Of a stretch of 64,000 nucleotides of DNA, positions 54,320 through 63,116 are shown one piece after another (position 1 is the first letter of the stretch; each line of letters starts with the position of its first letter). A program made the position numbers and the translations under genes. Source of the DNA: an uncultured Acidobacteriota bacterium (GTDB lineage: Bacteria; Acidobacteriota; UBA6911; CAINFC01). The notes under the pieces were generated by a model. It searched no databases, had not been told where the DNA came from, and worked only from the letters and a program-made list of their open reading frames with translations. The stretch spans positions 16,529 through 80,528 of the forward strand of contig CAZTVS010000005.1 of NCBI GenBank assembly GCA_964617125.1, read 5' to 3'.

Positions 54320-56472
54320 GCATTTTTCCTGATTTTACCAAGATTGCCTATGACGACATCTCCGCTCCTGAACCGGATAAGGGCATTGGAGATGACTGCT
54401 CCAACCAGTCAGAAGATCGTCTGCTATGGCGTACGATGGAACGAATTCCCGTGAAGCCGTTCTACACGGAAAAGGACAGAGAGGGTCTGGAGCATATCGG
54501 TTATCTGCCCGGAATACCACCTTATCTTCGTGGACCTTATGCCACCATGTATGTCGTCCGTCCCTGGACGGTTCGTCAGTATGCAGGTTTCTCCACGGCG
54601 GAGGAGAGCAACGCCTTCTATCGCAGGAATCTGGCTGCCGGACAAAAAGGACTTTCGATCGCCTTTGACCTTGCCACACATCGCGGTTACGACAGTGATC
54701 ATCCCCGGGTTGTCGGCGATGTCGGCAAGGCTGGAGTAGCCGTAGATTCTCTATTGGATATGAAGGTTCTCTTTCAGGACATCCCTCTGGATAAGATGTC
54801 CGTTTCCATGACCATGAACGGCGCCGTTCTGCCCATCATGGCATTCTATATCGTTGCCGCGGAAGAGCAGGGTGTACGATTGGAGCAGCTTTCCGGGACC
54901 ATTCAGAACGATATCCTCAAGGAATACATGGTCCGCAATACCTATATCTATCCTCCGGAACCCTCCATGCGGATTATTGGGGACATCTTCGCCTATACCT
55001 CGCGCCATATGCCCAAGTTCAACTGCATCAGCATCTCCGGCTATCACATGCAGGAGGCCGGCGCCACAGCCGATCTGGAATTAGGCTATACCTTGGCCGA
55101 CGGTCTGGAATATATAAGGACCGGCGTGAAGGCCGGGCTGGATATCGATTCCTTTGCCCCCAGGCTCTCCTTCTTCTGGGCCATCGGCATGAACTATTTC
55201 ATGGAGATTGCCAAGATGCGCGCAGCCCGGGTGCTCTGGGCCAGGATGGTCAAAGGCTTCCAGCCGAAAAATCCGAAATCCATGGCGCTACGGACCCATT
55301 GCCAGACCTCGGGATGGAGCCTTACGGAACAGGATCCCTATAACAATGTCGTGCGTACCTGTATCGAAGCCATGGCTGCGGCCATGGGTCATACCCAGTC
55401 GCTGCATACCAATTCGCTGGATGAGGCCATCGCCCTGCCGACCGATTTCTCCGCCCGTATCGCCCGCAATACCCAGCTCTTGTTACAGGAAGAAACCGGC
55501 CTGTGCAAGGTGATCGATCCCTGGGGCGGTTCGTATTATGTGGAAAGCCTGACCGGTTCGCTTATGCAGTCGGCCTGGAAACATATCCAGGAGATCGAAT
55601 CCATGGGCGGCATGACCCTGGCCATTTGCGCCGGGGTGCCCAAGCTCAGGATTGAAGAAGCGGCGGCACGGCGCCAGGCGGCGATCGATTCCGGGAACGA
55701 AACCATCGTCGGGATGAATCGATATCGTATGGGGCAACAGGCGACCATGGAAATACTGGAAGTGGACAATGCCCAGGTGCGGGAGACCCAGATTTGCCGA
55801 CTGCAGCAGCTGCGTCGGGAACGCCAGGAATCGCGCGTCCGGGAGGCGCTGTCGGCCATCACCCGATGTGCCGAAGGAGACGGCAATCTGCTGCAAGCGG
55901 CGGTGGACGCAGCCAGGGCCCGGGCAACCTTAGGGGAGATATCGGATGCCATGGAAAAGGTTTTTGGAAGATATCGTGCCGAGATACACTCCGTATCCGG
56001 CGTATACCATGAAGAGTATGGCCGTCAGGAGGAGATGCAGGAAATACGGAACCTGACCGATGAATTCGAACATCGCGAAGGACGGCGTCCCCGTATCCTG
56101 GTGGCAAAGATGGGCCAGGATGGGCACGACCGTGGTGCCAAGGTGATTGCCACGGCTTTTGCCGACATGGGATTCGATGTGGATGTGGGGCCTCTATTCC
56201 AGACACCGGAGGAAACGGCCCGGCAGGCAGTGGAAAACGATGTGCATCTGGTAGGGATCAGCTCCCTGGCCGGCGGGCATAAAACGCTCCTGCCGCAGCT
56301 CGCGGAGGAACTGTGCCGACTGGGGCGCGAAGATATCCTGCTGGTGGCAGGCGGGGTAATTCCGGCTCAGGATTACGATTACCTTTTGTCCCATGGGGCG
56401 GCGGCTATCTTTGGCCCGGGCACGCCGATTCCCAAGGCTGCCCGGGAGATTCTCCATCGACTTATGGATTGA
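54316..56472 (+). CDS. mutB: methylmalonyl-CoA mutase large (alpha) subunit, B12-dependent
   Basis: TIM-barrel substrate domain (…[51 protein letters not shown]…) and a C-terminal cobalamin domain with GQDGHDRG. Confidence 0.95.
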   Translation: MSIFPDFTKIAYDDISAPEPDKGIGDDCSNQSEDRLLWRTMERIPVKPFYTEKDREGLEHIGYLPGIPPYLRGPYATMYVVRPWTVRQYAGFSTAEESNAFYRRNLAAGQKGLSIAFDLATHRGYDSDHPRVVGDVGKAGVAVDSLLDMKVLFQDIPLDKMSVSMTMNGAVLPIMAFYIVAAEEQGVRLEQLSGTIQNDILKEYMVRNTYIYPPEPSMRIIGDIFAYTSRHMPKFNCISISGYHMQEAGATADLELGYTLADGLEYIRTGVKAGLDIDSFAPRLSFFWAIGMNYFMEIAKMRAARVLWARMVKGFQPKNPKSMALRTHCQTSGWSLTEQDPYNNVVRTCIEAMAAAMGHTQSLHTNSLDEAIALPTDFSARIARNTQLLLQEETGLCKVIDPWGGSYYVESLTGSLMQSAWKHIQEIESMGGMTLAICAGVPKLRIEEAAARRQAAIDSGNETIVGMNRYRMGQQATMEILEVDNAQVRETQICRLQQLRRERQESRVREALSAITRCAEGDGNLLQAAVDAARARATLGEISDAMEKVFGRYRAEIHSVSGVYHEEYGRQEEMQEIRNLTDEFEHREGRRPRILVAKMGQDGHDRGAKVIATAFADMGFDVDVGPLFQTPEETARQAVENDVHLVGISSLAGGHKTLLPQLAEELCRLGREDILLVAGGVIPAQDYDYLLSHGAAAIFGPGTPIPKAAREILHRLMD

Positions 56473-56490
56473 TCCGGCCGGTATCCCGGT

Positions 56491-57513
56491 ATGTCGCGAA
56501 AGCATCTATCCGCAGATGAGTATGTCCAGGGGGTTCTGGAGGGCAATCGTACCATCCTGGCCCGGGCCATCACCTTGATGGAAAGTAATTCAGTAAAGCA
56601 CCGGGATATGGCCCAGGGGGTCCTGCGCCGGCTGCTGCCGCATACCGGCCGTTCGTTCCGCATCGGGGTGACCGGTGCCCCCGGAGTGGGAAAGAGCACC
56701 TTCATCGAAACCTTCGGATGTTTCCTTCTGGAAAAAGGGCGCAAGGTGGCGGTCCTGGCGGTGGATCCCTCCAGTACCCTGAGTAAGGGGAGCATTCTCG
56801 GAGATAAGACCCGCATGGAACGGCTTTCCCGGTCCGAAGCGGCCTATATACGTCCGTCACCCTCGGGCGGATCCCTCGGCGGTGTGGGGCGCAAAAGCCG
56901 GGAGACGATCCTGGTATGTGAGGCCGCCGGTTTCGATACCATCCTTCTGGAAACGGTCGGTGTAGGACAAAGCGAAACCATGGTTCGAGCCATGACCGAT
57001 TTCTTCCTTCTGCTCCTGCTGCCGTCGGCCGGGGACGAAATCCAGGGAATCAAGCGCGGGATCATGGAGTATACAGATATGCTTCTTGTCAACAAGGCGG
57101 ATGGAGACTGGGTGGAAAAAGCCACCCAGTCAGCCGCCGAATATGCCAGGGCACTGCACTATTTCCAGGGAGCGACGGAAGGGTGGAGCGCTCGGGTGCT
57201 TACCTGCTCTGCCTCCACCGGAAAGGGAATGTCGGAGATATGGTCTTCGATGGAGGAATTCCTTGGCTCGATGACCGATTCCGGTGTTCTACAGCAGCGA
57301 AGAAGGGAGCAGTCGATCTCCTGGATGCACAACCTGCTGCAGGAACATCTGCATACCCACTTTTATCATCATCCCAAGGTGACCCATATCCTGCCTTCGC
57401 TGGAAAAGTCGGTGCTGGCAGGTACTTTGACGCCGACACAGGCCGCATGTATGTTATTGGAAGCCGCTCATTTTCCTTCCATGGAAAGGGAAAAATCCGC
57501 GGTGACTTCCTAG
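56491..57513 (+). CDS. meaB: methylmalonyl-CoA mutase-associated GTPase MeaB (ArgK)
   Basis: P-loop GVTGAPGVGKST, and the G3 and G4 motifs (ETVGVGQSE, NKADG). Confidence 0.9.
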   Translation: MSRKHLSADEYVQGVLEGNRTILARAITLMESNSVKHRDMAQGVLRRLLPHTGRSFRIGVTGAPGVGKSTFIETFGCFLLEKGRKVAVLAVDPSSTLSKGSILGDKTRMERLSRSEAAYIRPSPSGGSLGGVGRKSRETILVCEAAGFDTILLETVGVGQSETMVRAMTDFFLLLLLPSAGDEIQGIKRGIMEYTDMLLVNKADGDWVEKATQSAAEYARALHYFQGATEGWSARVLTCSASTGKGMSEIWSSMEEFLGSMTDSGVLQQRRREQSISWMHNLLQEHLHTHFYHHPKVTHILPSLEKSVLAGTLTPTQAACMLLEAAHFPSMEREKSAVTS

Positions 57514-57557
57514 GAGTGGTCATGTGTTACCGTTCGTGAGATGGAGGGCCTTGAGCG

Positions 57558-58472
57558 ATGAACACCTCGATAGAAGCCTTTCTTACCCACCTTCAGTACG
57601 AACGACAGTTCTCGGATCACACCCTTCTGGGCTATCGCAACGATCTCCGGCAGTTCTACGATTTCCTGAAAAAGATCGCACGGGACCAGCCGGTCCCTTC
57701 CTGGAAGGAGGTGGATCATTACACCATACGCGAATATCTGGCGGATCTCTATGCCCGCGGTATCTGTAAAACCTCGATAGGAAGAAAAATTTCTTCCCTG
57801 CGCTCCTTTTTCACTTATTTGCAGCGGATGGGAGCGGTGGAAACGAATCCGGCAAAACTGGTCTCCTCGCCGCGTAAGGAGAAAAAACTGCCGGAGTATC
57901 TTACCGAAGATTATGCCGCCATGCTGGTGAGCAGTCCGGATGATGCCCTTTTCCCCGGAGCGCGGGACCGGGCCCTGCTGGAGCTTTTATATGCCAGCGG
58001 CATACGGGTCAGCGAGTTGGTAGGTCTGAACTGGGACGATCTTCTGCTGGCGGAACAGACCATCCTGGTACGTGGAAAAGGGAAGAAAGAGCGTATGGTC
58101 CCTTTCGGCAGGAAGGCGAAAGAAGCCCTGGAGAAGTATGGCCGAGCACGTTCGGAGTATTTCAGTAAAAAACCGGGAGCTACCGGCTGGAACCCGAAAG
58201 CGGTATTTCTGAATCTTCGTGGAGGCAGGCTCACGGCCCGGTCGGTGCGGCGTATCCTGAATATCCATGTGAATCGCTGCAGCCGGCAGATGCATGTCTA
58301 TCCGCACATGCTGCGCCATTCCTTCGCCACCCACCTTCTGAATGCCGGTGCCGATCTGCGCATGATCCAGGAACTGCTGGGTCATGAGAGCATCTCCACC
58401 ACCCAGAAATATACCCATGTATCCTTGCAGCAGCTGATGGCCGTCTATCAGAAAGCCCACCCCAAAGCCTGA
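57558..58472 (+). CDS. xerC: tyrosine recombinase XerC/XerD (chromosome dimer resolution)
   Basis: An N-terminal core-binding domain (…FLTHLQYERQFSDHTLLGYRNDLRQF…) and the catalytic R…HxxR…Y region (HMLRHSFATHLL…GHESISTTQKYTHV) are collinear with XerC. Confidence 0.85.
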   Translation: MNTSIEAFLTHLQYERQFSDHTLLGYRNDLRQFYDFLKKIARDQPVPSWKEVDHYTIREYLADLYARGICKTSIGRKISSLRSFFTYLQRMGAVETNPAKLVSSPRKEKKLPEYLTEDYAAMLVSSPDDALFPGARDRALLELLYASGIRVSELVGLNWDDLLLAEQTILVRGKGKKERMVPFGRKAKEALEKYGRARSEYFSKKPGATGWNPKAVFLNLRGGRLTARSVRRILNIHVNRCSRQMHVYPHMLRHSFATHLLNAGADLRMIQELLGHESISTTQKYTHVSLQQLMAVYQKAHPKA

Positions 58473-58584
58473 AGTAAGAATGGGGAACCTCCCCCCGGCT
58501 GAACCGTTTAACCCCAGAGAAACTAAGATTCTGGAAGGAATACGAGAAATTGCATTGAGTGGGGTGGTGGGTTATAGTGATAGG

Positions 58585-59223
58585 ATGTCTTTAGTAAAGG
58601 TATGGAAGGAAAGGCATAATCGGATAACAGCCGGGCGGAGACGGTATTTTTGCCTAGGCTTGATCCTGATGGGAATGATACTGCCCGGATGTACGAAACG
58701 GGTACTTACCCGAGGAGAAGCCCGCGACGCCCTGGTGCAGATACCCGGACTTCCTCTTCCTAAAGACAACGTTCTGATACAAAAGGTGAGCCAGCTGGAT
58801 AACACCCATGCCGTAGTGGAAGCGGATCTGACGGTCGCTTTTCAGATGGAGAGAATTGGAAACCGGTGGATAGCGAGTCAGATGCGTTTGGATAAGGGTA
58901 AATGGGTTAAAGTGGAGGATCTGCAACAGGACATAGAAAAATCCCGAAGGACCCAGACCGTTCACGATTTGCATCTGGTAGCCCTGGCACTGGAGCGTTA
59001 TCGAAACCAGAAGGGGGATTATCCGGAAACATGTCCGATTCTCCAGCTGACCAATACCCTTTTTCCGCATTATCTATCGCGCATGGTCTTTCGCGATGCC
59101 TGGGACAACGATTTTATCTATCGGCGGGAGAATCCCCGGCAATTTCAGCTCCTCTCCTGTGGTCCCGACGGCAAAAGCGATTCCCCTGACGATTTTCAGG
59201 TGGGGAACACCCAGCCGCAATAA
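58585..59223 (+). CDS. putative lipoprotein with C-terminal type-II-secretion GspG-like (pseudopilin) globular domain, no prepilin leader
   Basis: The C-terminus …DAWDNDFIYRRENPRQFQLLSCGPDGKSDSPDDF… matches the T2SS-G domain. The ATG at 58585 gives a signal peptide ending LPGC. The ORF track starts at 58480. Confidence 0.5.
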   Translation: MSLVKVWKERHNRITAGRRRYFCLGLILMGMILPGCTKRVLTRGEARDALVQIPGLPLPKDNVLIQKVSQLDNTHAVVEADLTVAFQMERIGNRWIASQMRLDKGKWVKVEDLQQDIEKSRRTQTVHDLHLVALALERYRNQKGDYPETCPILQLTNTLFPHYLSRMVFRDAWDNDFIYRRENPRQFQLLSCGPDGKSDSPDDFQVGNTQPQ

Positions 59224-59229
59224 GGCTTT

Positions 59230-60123
59230 ATGATAAAACTGCAAATTCTACGGATCGGATTTCTGCTGCTGACTATCCTGGTGTATCCACCGCTCTTTCT
59301 TTCCTGCAGCCAGGAAGGAAAGCCCGGCGCGGCAGGTTCTGCCTTGGCCGAGGGGCAGGGCATCGCCTGGATCACCCAATACCAGCAGGCTCTGGAAATA
59401 GCCGGGAAAGAGAACAAACCCATCCTGCTCGATCTATATACCGATTGGTGCGGCTGGTGTAAGAAGATGGATGCCGGTACCTTCACCGATCCGCAGGTAA
59501 TCGAGTTCAGCCGCCGCATGGTTTTTTTAAAATTGAACGCAGAGACAGAGAAAGATGGGATTGCCTTGCAGCAGAAGTTTGAGATCGCCTCTTTCCCCAC
59601 GACCCTGGTTATGGATTCGGGAGGAGAGGAGATCGACCGTGTACCGGGTTACCTGACGGCGGAAGAGTTTGTGAGTTCTGTCGAAGAAATTCTCAAGCAA
59701 AAGGATGCCCTGGCGGAATTGGCAAAACAGGAAGCGAATAACAGCGACGATCTGCAAACCCAGTATGACCTGGGAAAACGATATTACCAAAAAAGAAATT
59801 ACAAACAGGCCAAAGTACGCTTTGACCGCATCATCGTCAAAGACCGGGAGAACCGATCCGGTCTGGTGGGAGATGCACATTTCTATAAGGGTCTTTGCAG
59901 CGCCCATATGAATCAGATGGATGAGGCCATCGCCCTTCTGCGGCAGGCGCATAAATCCTATCCCAAGAGCAAACACGCACCGGATGCCGAACTGGTCCAT
60001 GCTGAGATTCTGATGAAAACCCAGCGCACCGGAGAAGCCAGGAAGATTTTCCAGGAGTTTTTAAAAAAGCATCCTGAACATCGGATGGCGGAACAAGTAC
60101 GACAGTTGATGGCCGACTTATAA
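59230..60123 (+). CDS. thioredoxin-fold (WCGWC) lipoprotein with C-terminal TPR repeats
   Basis: Signal peptide with LSC lipobox, thioredoxin-like motif LDLYTDWCGWCKKMD, and a C-terminal TPR. Confidence 0.65.
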   Translation: MIKLQILRIGFLLLTILVYPPLFLSCSQEGKPGAAGSALAEGQGIAWITQYQQALEIAGKENKPILLDLYTDWCGWCKKMDAGTFTDPQVIEFSRRMVFLKLNAETEKDGIALQQKFEIASFPTTLVMDSGGEEIDRVPGYLTAEEFVSSVEEILKQKDALAELAKQEANNSDDLQTQYDLGKRYYQKRNYKQAKVRFDRIIVKDRENRSGLVGDAHFYKGLCSAHMNQMDEAIALLRQAHKSYPKSKHAPDAELVHAEILMKTQRTGEARKIFQEFLKKHPEHRMAEQVRQLMADL

Positions 60124-60139
60124 TCGAACGAGAGATGGT

Positions 60140-61189
60140 ATGCAAAAACGACTCCTGAGGCGATGGCTCTTTCACGGAACTCTTGTCGGCCTGTTTTGCT
60201 TTTCGTTTGCATGGTCGCAGGTTACTCCCTCGGAGAAAAAAGCGAGCCAGTCTGCTCCTTCCACTACCCTGCCACAACCGACACCTGCGGCCTCCGAGGC
60301 CCAGCCCGGATTCAAGATCGGTGTGGAAGTCAATATGGTAAGTCTTCCGGTAAGCGCCCGATTGGCATCCGGCGGATTCGCCAAGGGCATTCCCCAGGAA
60401 GCATTCCACGTGTATGAAGACGGAATGGAACAGGAGATTGTTATGTTCCAGCAGGAATCCGTGCCGGTGCATGTGGTGCTGATGATCGATTGCAGCGGTA
60501 GTGTACAGACGGAATGGAGGCCGATCAAACATGCCGCCCGGCGTTTTGCCGAAGCGCTGACCAAAGAGGACCGTCTTTCGGTGATAGCCTTCAACACGCA
60601 AACGAAATTGGTGGTGGATTGGACGGAGGACGGTGCGGCCCTGACGGACAAGGCCCTAAATCGTATCCTTCCCAAAGGCAATACCGCCCTTTTCGATGCC
60701 TTGTATGTGGTTTTTGACGATCTCTTTAAGGGAGTGACGGGAAAAAAAGCGGTCATCCTGCTTACCGACGGCTTCGATAACAACAGCCAGGTCACCTATG
60801 AACAGGCACTGGACCTGGCGACGCGTTCGGAAGCCCTCATCTATGTGGTGAGTAAAACCCAGGCCCTGCGCAATACCCTGGAATTTTACCAGAGCCAGTA
60901 CGGCAATATGAATCTCGATCCCATGGATTTCGCCGCCGCCGATTCGATGCTCAAACACCTGACGTTCCAGACCGGCGGCCGGGTTCTTTATCCCGGCACC
61001 TTCGGAGAGCTGGGCAATGTCTATCTGGAAGTGGCCCAGGAGCTGGCCAATCAATATGCGGTCGGTTACGTTCCCTACAATGCCTTGAAAGACGGCAAAT
61101 ATCGCAATGTACGAGTCACCGTGGACCGGGCGGAGGTACGTATTTCCACCCGCCCTGGTTATTATGCCCCGCTGGGGAAAGGGAAATAA
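60140..61189 (+). CDS. secreted von Willebrand factor A (VWA) domain protein
   Basis: Signal peptide and a VWA MIDAS motif (DCSGS…T…D). Confidence 0.7.
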   Translation: MQKRLLRRWLFHGTLVGLFCFSFAWSQVTPSEKKASQSAPSTTLPQPTPAASEAQPGFKIGVEVNMVSLPVSARLASGGFAKGIPQEAFHVYEDGMEQEIVMFQQESVPVHVVLMIDCSGSVQTEWRPIKHAARRFAEALTKEDRLSVIAFNTQTKLVVDWTEDGAALTDKALNRILPKGNTALFDALYVVFDDLFKGVTGKKAVILLTDGFDNNSQVTYEQALDLATRSEALIYVVSKTQALRNTLEFYQSQYGNMNLDPMDFAAADSMLKHLTFQTGGRVLYPGTFGELGNVYLEVAQELANQYAVGYVPYNALKDGKYRNVRVTVDRAEVRISTRPGYYAPLGKGK

Positions 61190-61219
61190 TTTCCTATACG
61201 GTGTGGAAGGAAAGGAAAC

Positions 61220-62983
61220 ATGCTTTCTGGCAAAAAAAATGCTCTCATCCTCCTGTTTCTTTGCTGGTTGGTTGGCGATCGCCTGGAAGCCGGTATCTCC
61301 CGGGAGATCCAGCAGGAATACCGCCAGCGCTACGAAGGCAGGGCCCTCTTTCTGGGAATTCCCGTCCATGGCGTCCGCACGGTCGTTGCCGTACGCAGCG
61401 GCGGGGCTACGCCGGAAAGGTCCCTGGAGCCGCTGCGTTTCAAGGTGGGAGAACAGGTCCGGATTCAATCCCTGTCCTTCGGCGACACGGAAATCCGGTT
61501 CAAAATCTCTTCCGTCGAAGGAGGCCAAGCATCCGAATTGGTATTCCGCTTTTCTGCTTCCCTGGAGGAGGAGTTCAGTTCCCGGTCGCAATTCGAATCC
61601 TCTCTGCAGACCGCCTTTTCCGAAGGTCGACGCTACAGCGATCTGGACCAGAGCAAGAAGGACTATATCCGCAACCAGTTGCAGCAAACCATCCAGGACA
61701 TGATGAACGGGACCACGGCCGACCGGGATTTTGTGATGAATGCCCTGGCCGAGTCCCTGCCGGCCTATCAGACGGCGGTCAATGAACTGAAGAACCTGCG
61801 AGGCAATGTCAAAGATCTGAGTTACAAGCTGTCCGGCGAGCAGACCAAATCGCGTCAGCTGGAATCGAAGCTGGTCGACCAGACCAGTGAACTGAACCGC
61901 CTGCGCAGCATGTCGGACTCGCTGAAAAGCGATCTGACGGCGGTCAACGCCTCCAGCAGCAGCGCCAACACCGAACTACGACAATTACGTCAGGAACAGA
62001 CGGAGATCACCGCTTCCGTGCGTCGTCTGCAGAAAGGTCTGAACCTGCCGGCAGACGCCTCCAAATCCTTGTCCAGGCAAGTGGAAGATCTGATGGTCGC
62101 CGCTTTGAAGAATAAAGGTCAGGGGGACCAGACCAGCAACCGCTTGAAGACTTCCGAACTGGAACTGGAAAAAAAGAAATCGGATCTGCAGGCACAGCTC
62201 AAAGCCAACGATCAGCTCACTTCCGAAAATGCCCGGCTGCAGGAGAACATCAAACTCCTCTCTTCTCGCGGAGATCAGCTGGGCCAGCGCTACCTCTCCC
62301 TGCAGAAGGAAAAAGTGCAGCTGGAGAATTTCGTCCGGGCCGTACAAGCCCTGCGTTCGCGGATTGTGGCGGAAAAGGTGGAGAAGAACCGTGTTTTCCG
62401 CACCACCGAACTGCTTCTCCGCGATACCCAGGTGGCCGTATTGGAAACGGAGTATCCCACCCATCTGGGAGTGGGGGACCGAGGAGACATACGTATACGG
62501 TTTACCTCGGCCTCCATCAATTATGTCAAATTGACCGAAGAAGAGAAGCGGATTTTAAGCTCCCTCGGCGATAAACTGATCGTTCGTTGCGAATTGCGTG
62601 ACCTGGGAGACGGTGCCCGGGTGGTATCCGGTACCAAAGAACTCACCCAGACGGTGCCCGAGCGGTCTTCCGGAGAGTGGAGCTGGACCCTGGAAAGTGC
62701 ACGGATAGCCGATTTCAATCCTGTACTGCTCACCTCCCTGGTCAATGCCAGCCGGGATTCCGTGCCTGTCGTGCACAACCAGCTGCGGGTGGAATCGATG
62801 AACCTGGCGCGTAGGATACGCAATTTTTTGTCTCCGATTCCTTTAGGCATAGGAGCCGTCATGGGCATGGTGCTTTTTGCCTCCATACAGGCGCTGCGCC
62901 GTTTCGGCGGAAGGCGACGGCGCAGACCCCTGGGCCGGTCCTCCCCGCATGCACCTGCCGGTCGGGAACGCATTGAATTGTAG
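61220..62983 (+). CDS. signal-peptide-bearing long coiled-coil protein with C-terminal TM anchor and Arg-rich tail
   Basis: N-terminal signal peptide. About 350 aa of heptad-like Q/L/E/K-rich sequence, a C-terminal TM (IPLGIGAVMGMVLFASIQAL), then RRFGGRRRRRPLGR. Confidence 0.55.
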   Translation: MLSGKKNALILLFLCWLVGDRLEAGISREIQQEYRQRYEGRALFLGIPVHGVRTVVAVRSGGATPERSLEPLRFKVGEQVRIQSLSFGDTEIRFKISSVEGGQASELVFRFSASLEEEFSSRSQFESSLQTAFSEGRRYSDLDQSKKDYIRNQLQQTIQDMMNGTTADRDFVMNALAESLPAYQTAVNELKNLRGNVKDLSYKLSGEQTKSRQLESKLVDQTSELNRLRSMSDSLKSDLTAVNASSSSANTELRQLRQEQTEITASVRRLQKGLNLPADASKSLSRQVEDLMVAALKNKGQGDQTSNRLKTSELELEKKKSDLQAQLKANDQLTSENARLQENIKLLSSRGDQLGQRYLSLQKEKVQLENFVRAVQALRSRIVAEKVEKNRVFRTTELLLRDTQVAVLETEYPTHLGVGDRGDIRIRFTSASINYVKLTEEEKRILSSLGDKLIVRCELRDLGDGARVVSGTKELTQTVPERSSGEWSWTLESARIADFNPVLLTSLVNASRDSVPVVHNQLRVESMNLARRIRNFLSPIPLGIGAVMGMVLFASIQALRRFGGRRRRRPLGRSSPHAPAGRERIEL

Positions 62984-63043
62984 TCAACCGCCATCGGCAA
63001 CGTTTGCAAGGCACCGCTCTTCCGGCAGAACGACGAACCTTAC

Positions 63044-63070
63044 GCAGGTCTTTCCTGCCGGTTGTTTTTT
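63044..63070 (+). terminator. rho-independent terminator candidate downstream of the coiled-coil gene
   Basis: GCAGG-tcttt-CCTGC stem-loop followed by CGGTTGTTTTTT. Confidence 0.45.
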
Positions 63071-63116
63071 CCCTGTCCCTTAGGATATCATAGCCCAAAC
63101 AGGAAAGGATTTCGCT

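Noticed and set aside
57558-58472. Possible phage or island integrase
   Set aside because: The N- and C-terminal signatures are those of chromosomal XerC (…LGHESISTTQKYTHV…AVYQKAHP). There are no flanking phage genes and no attachment-site repeats.
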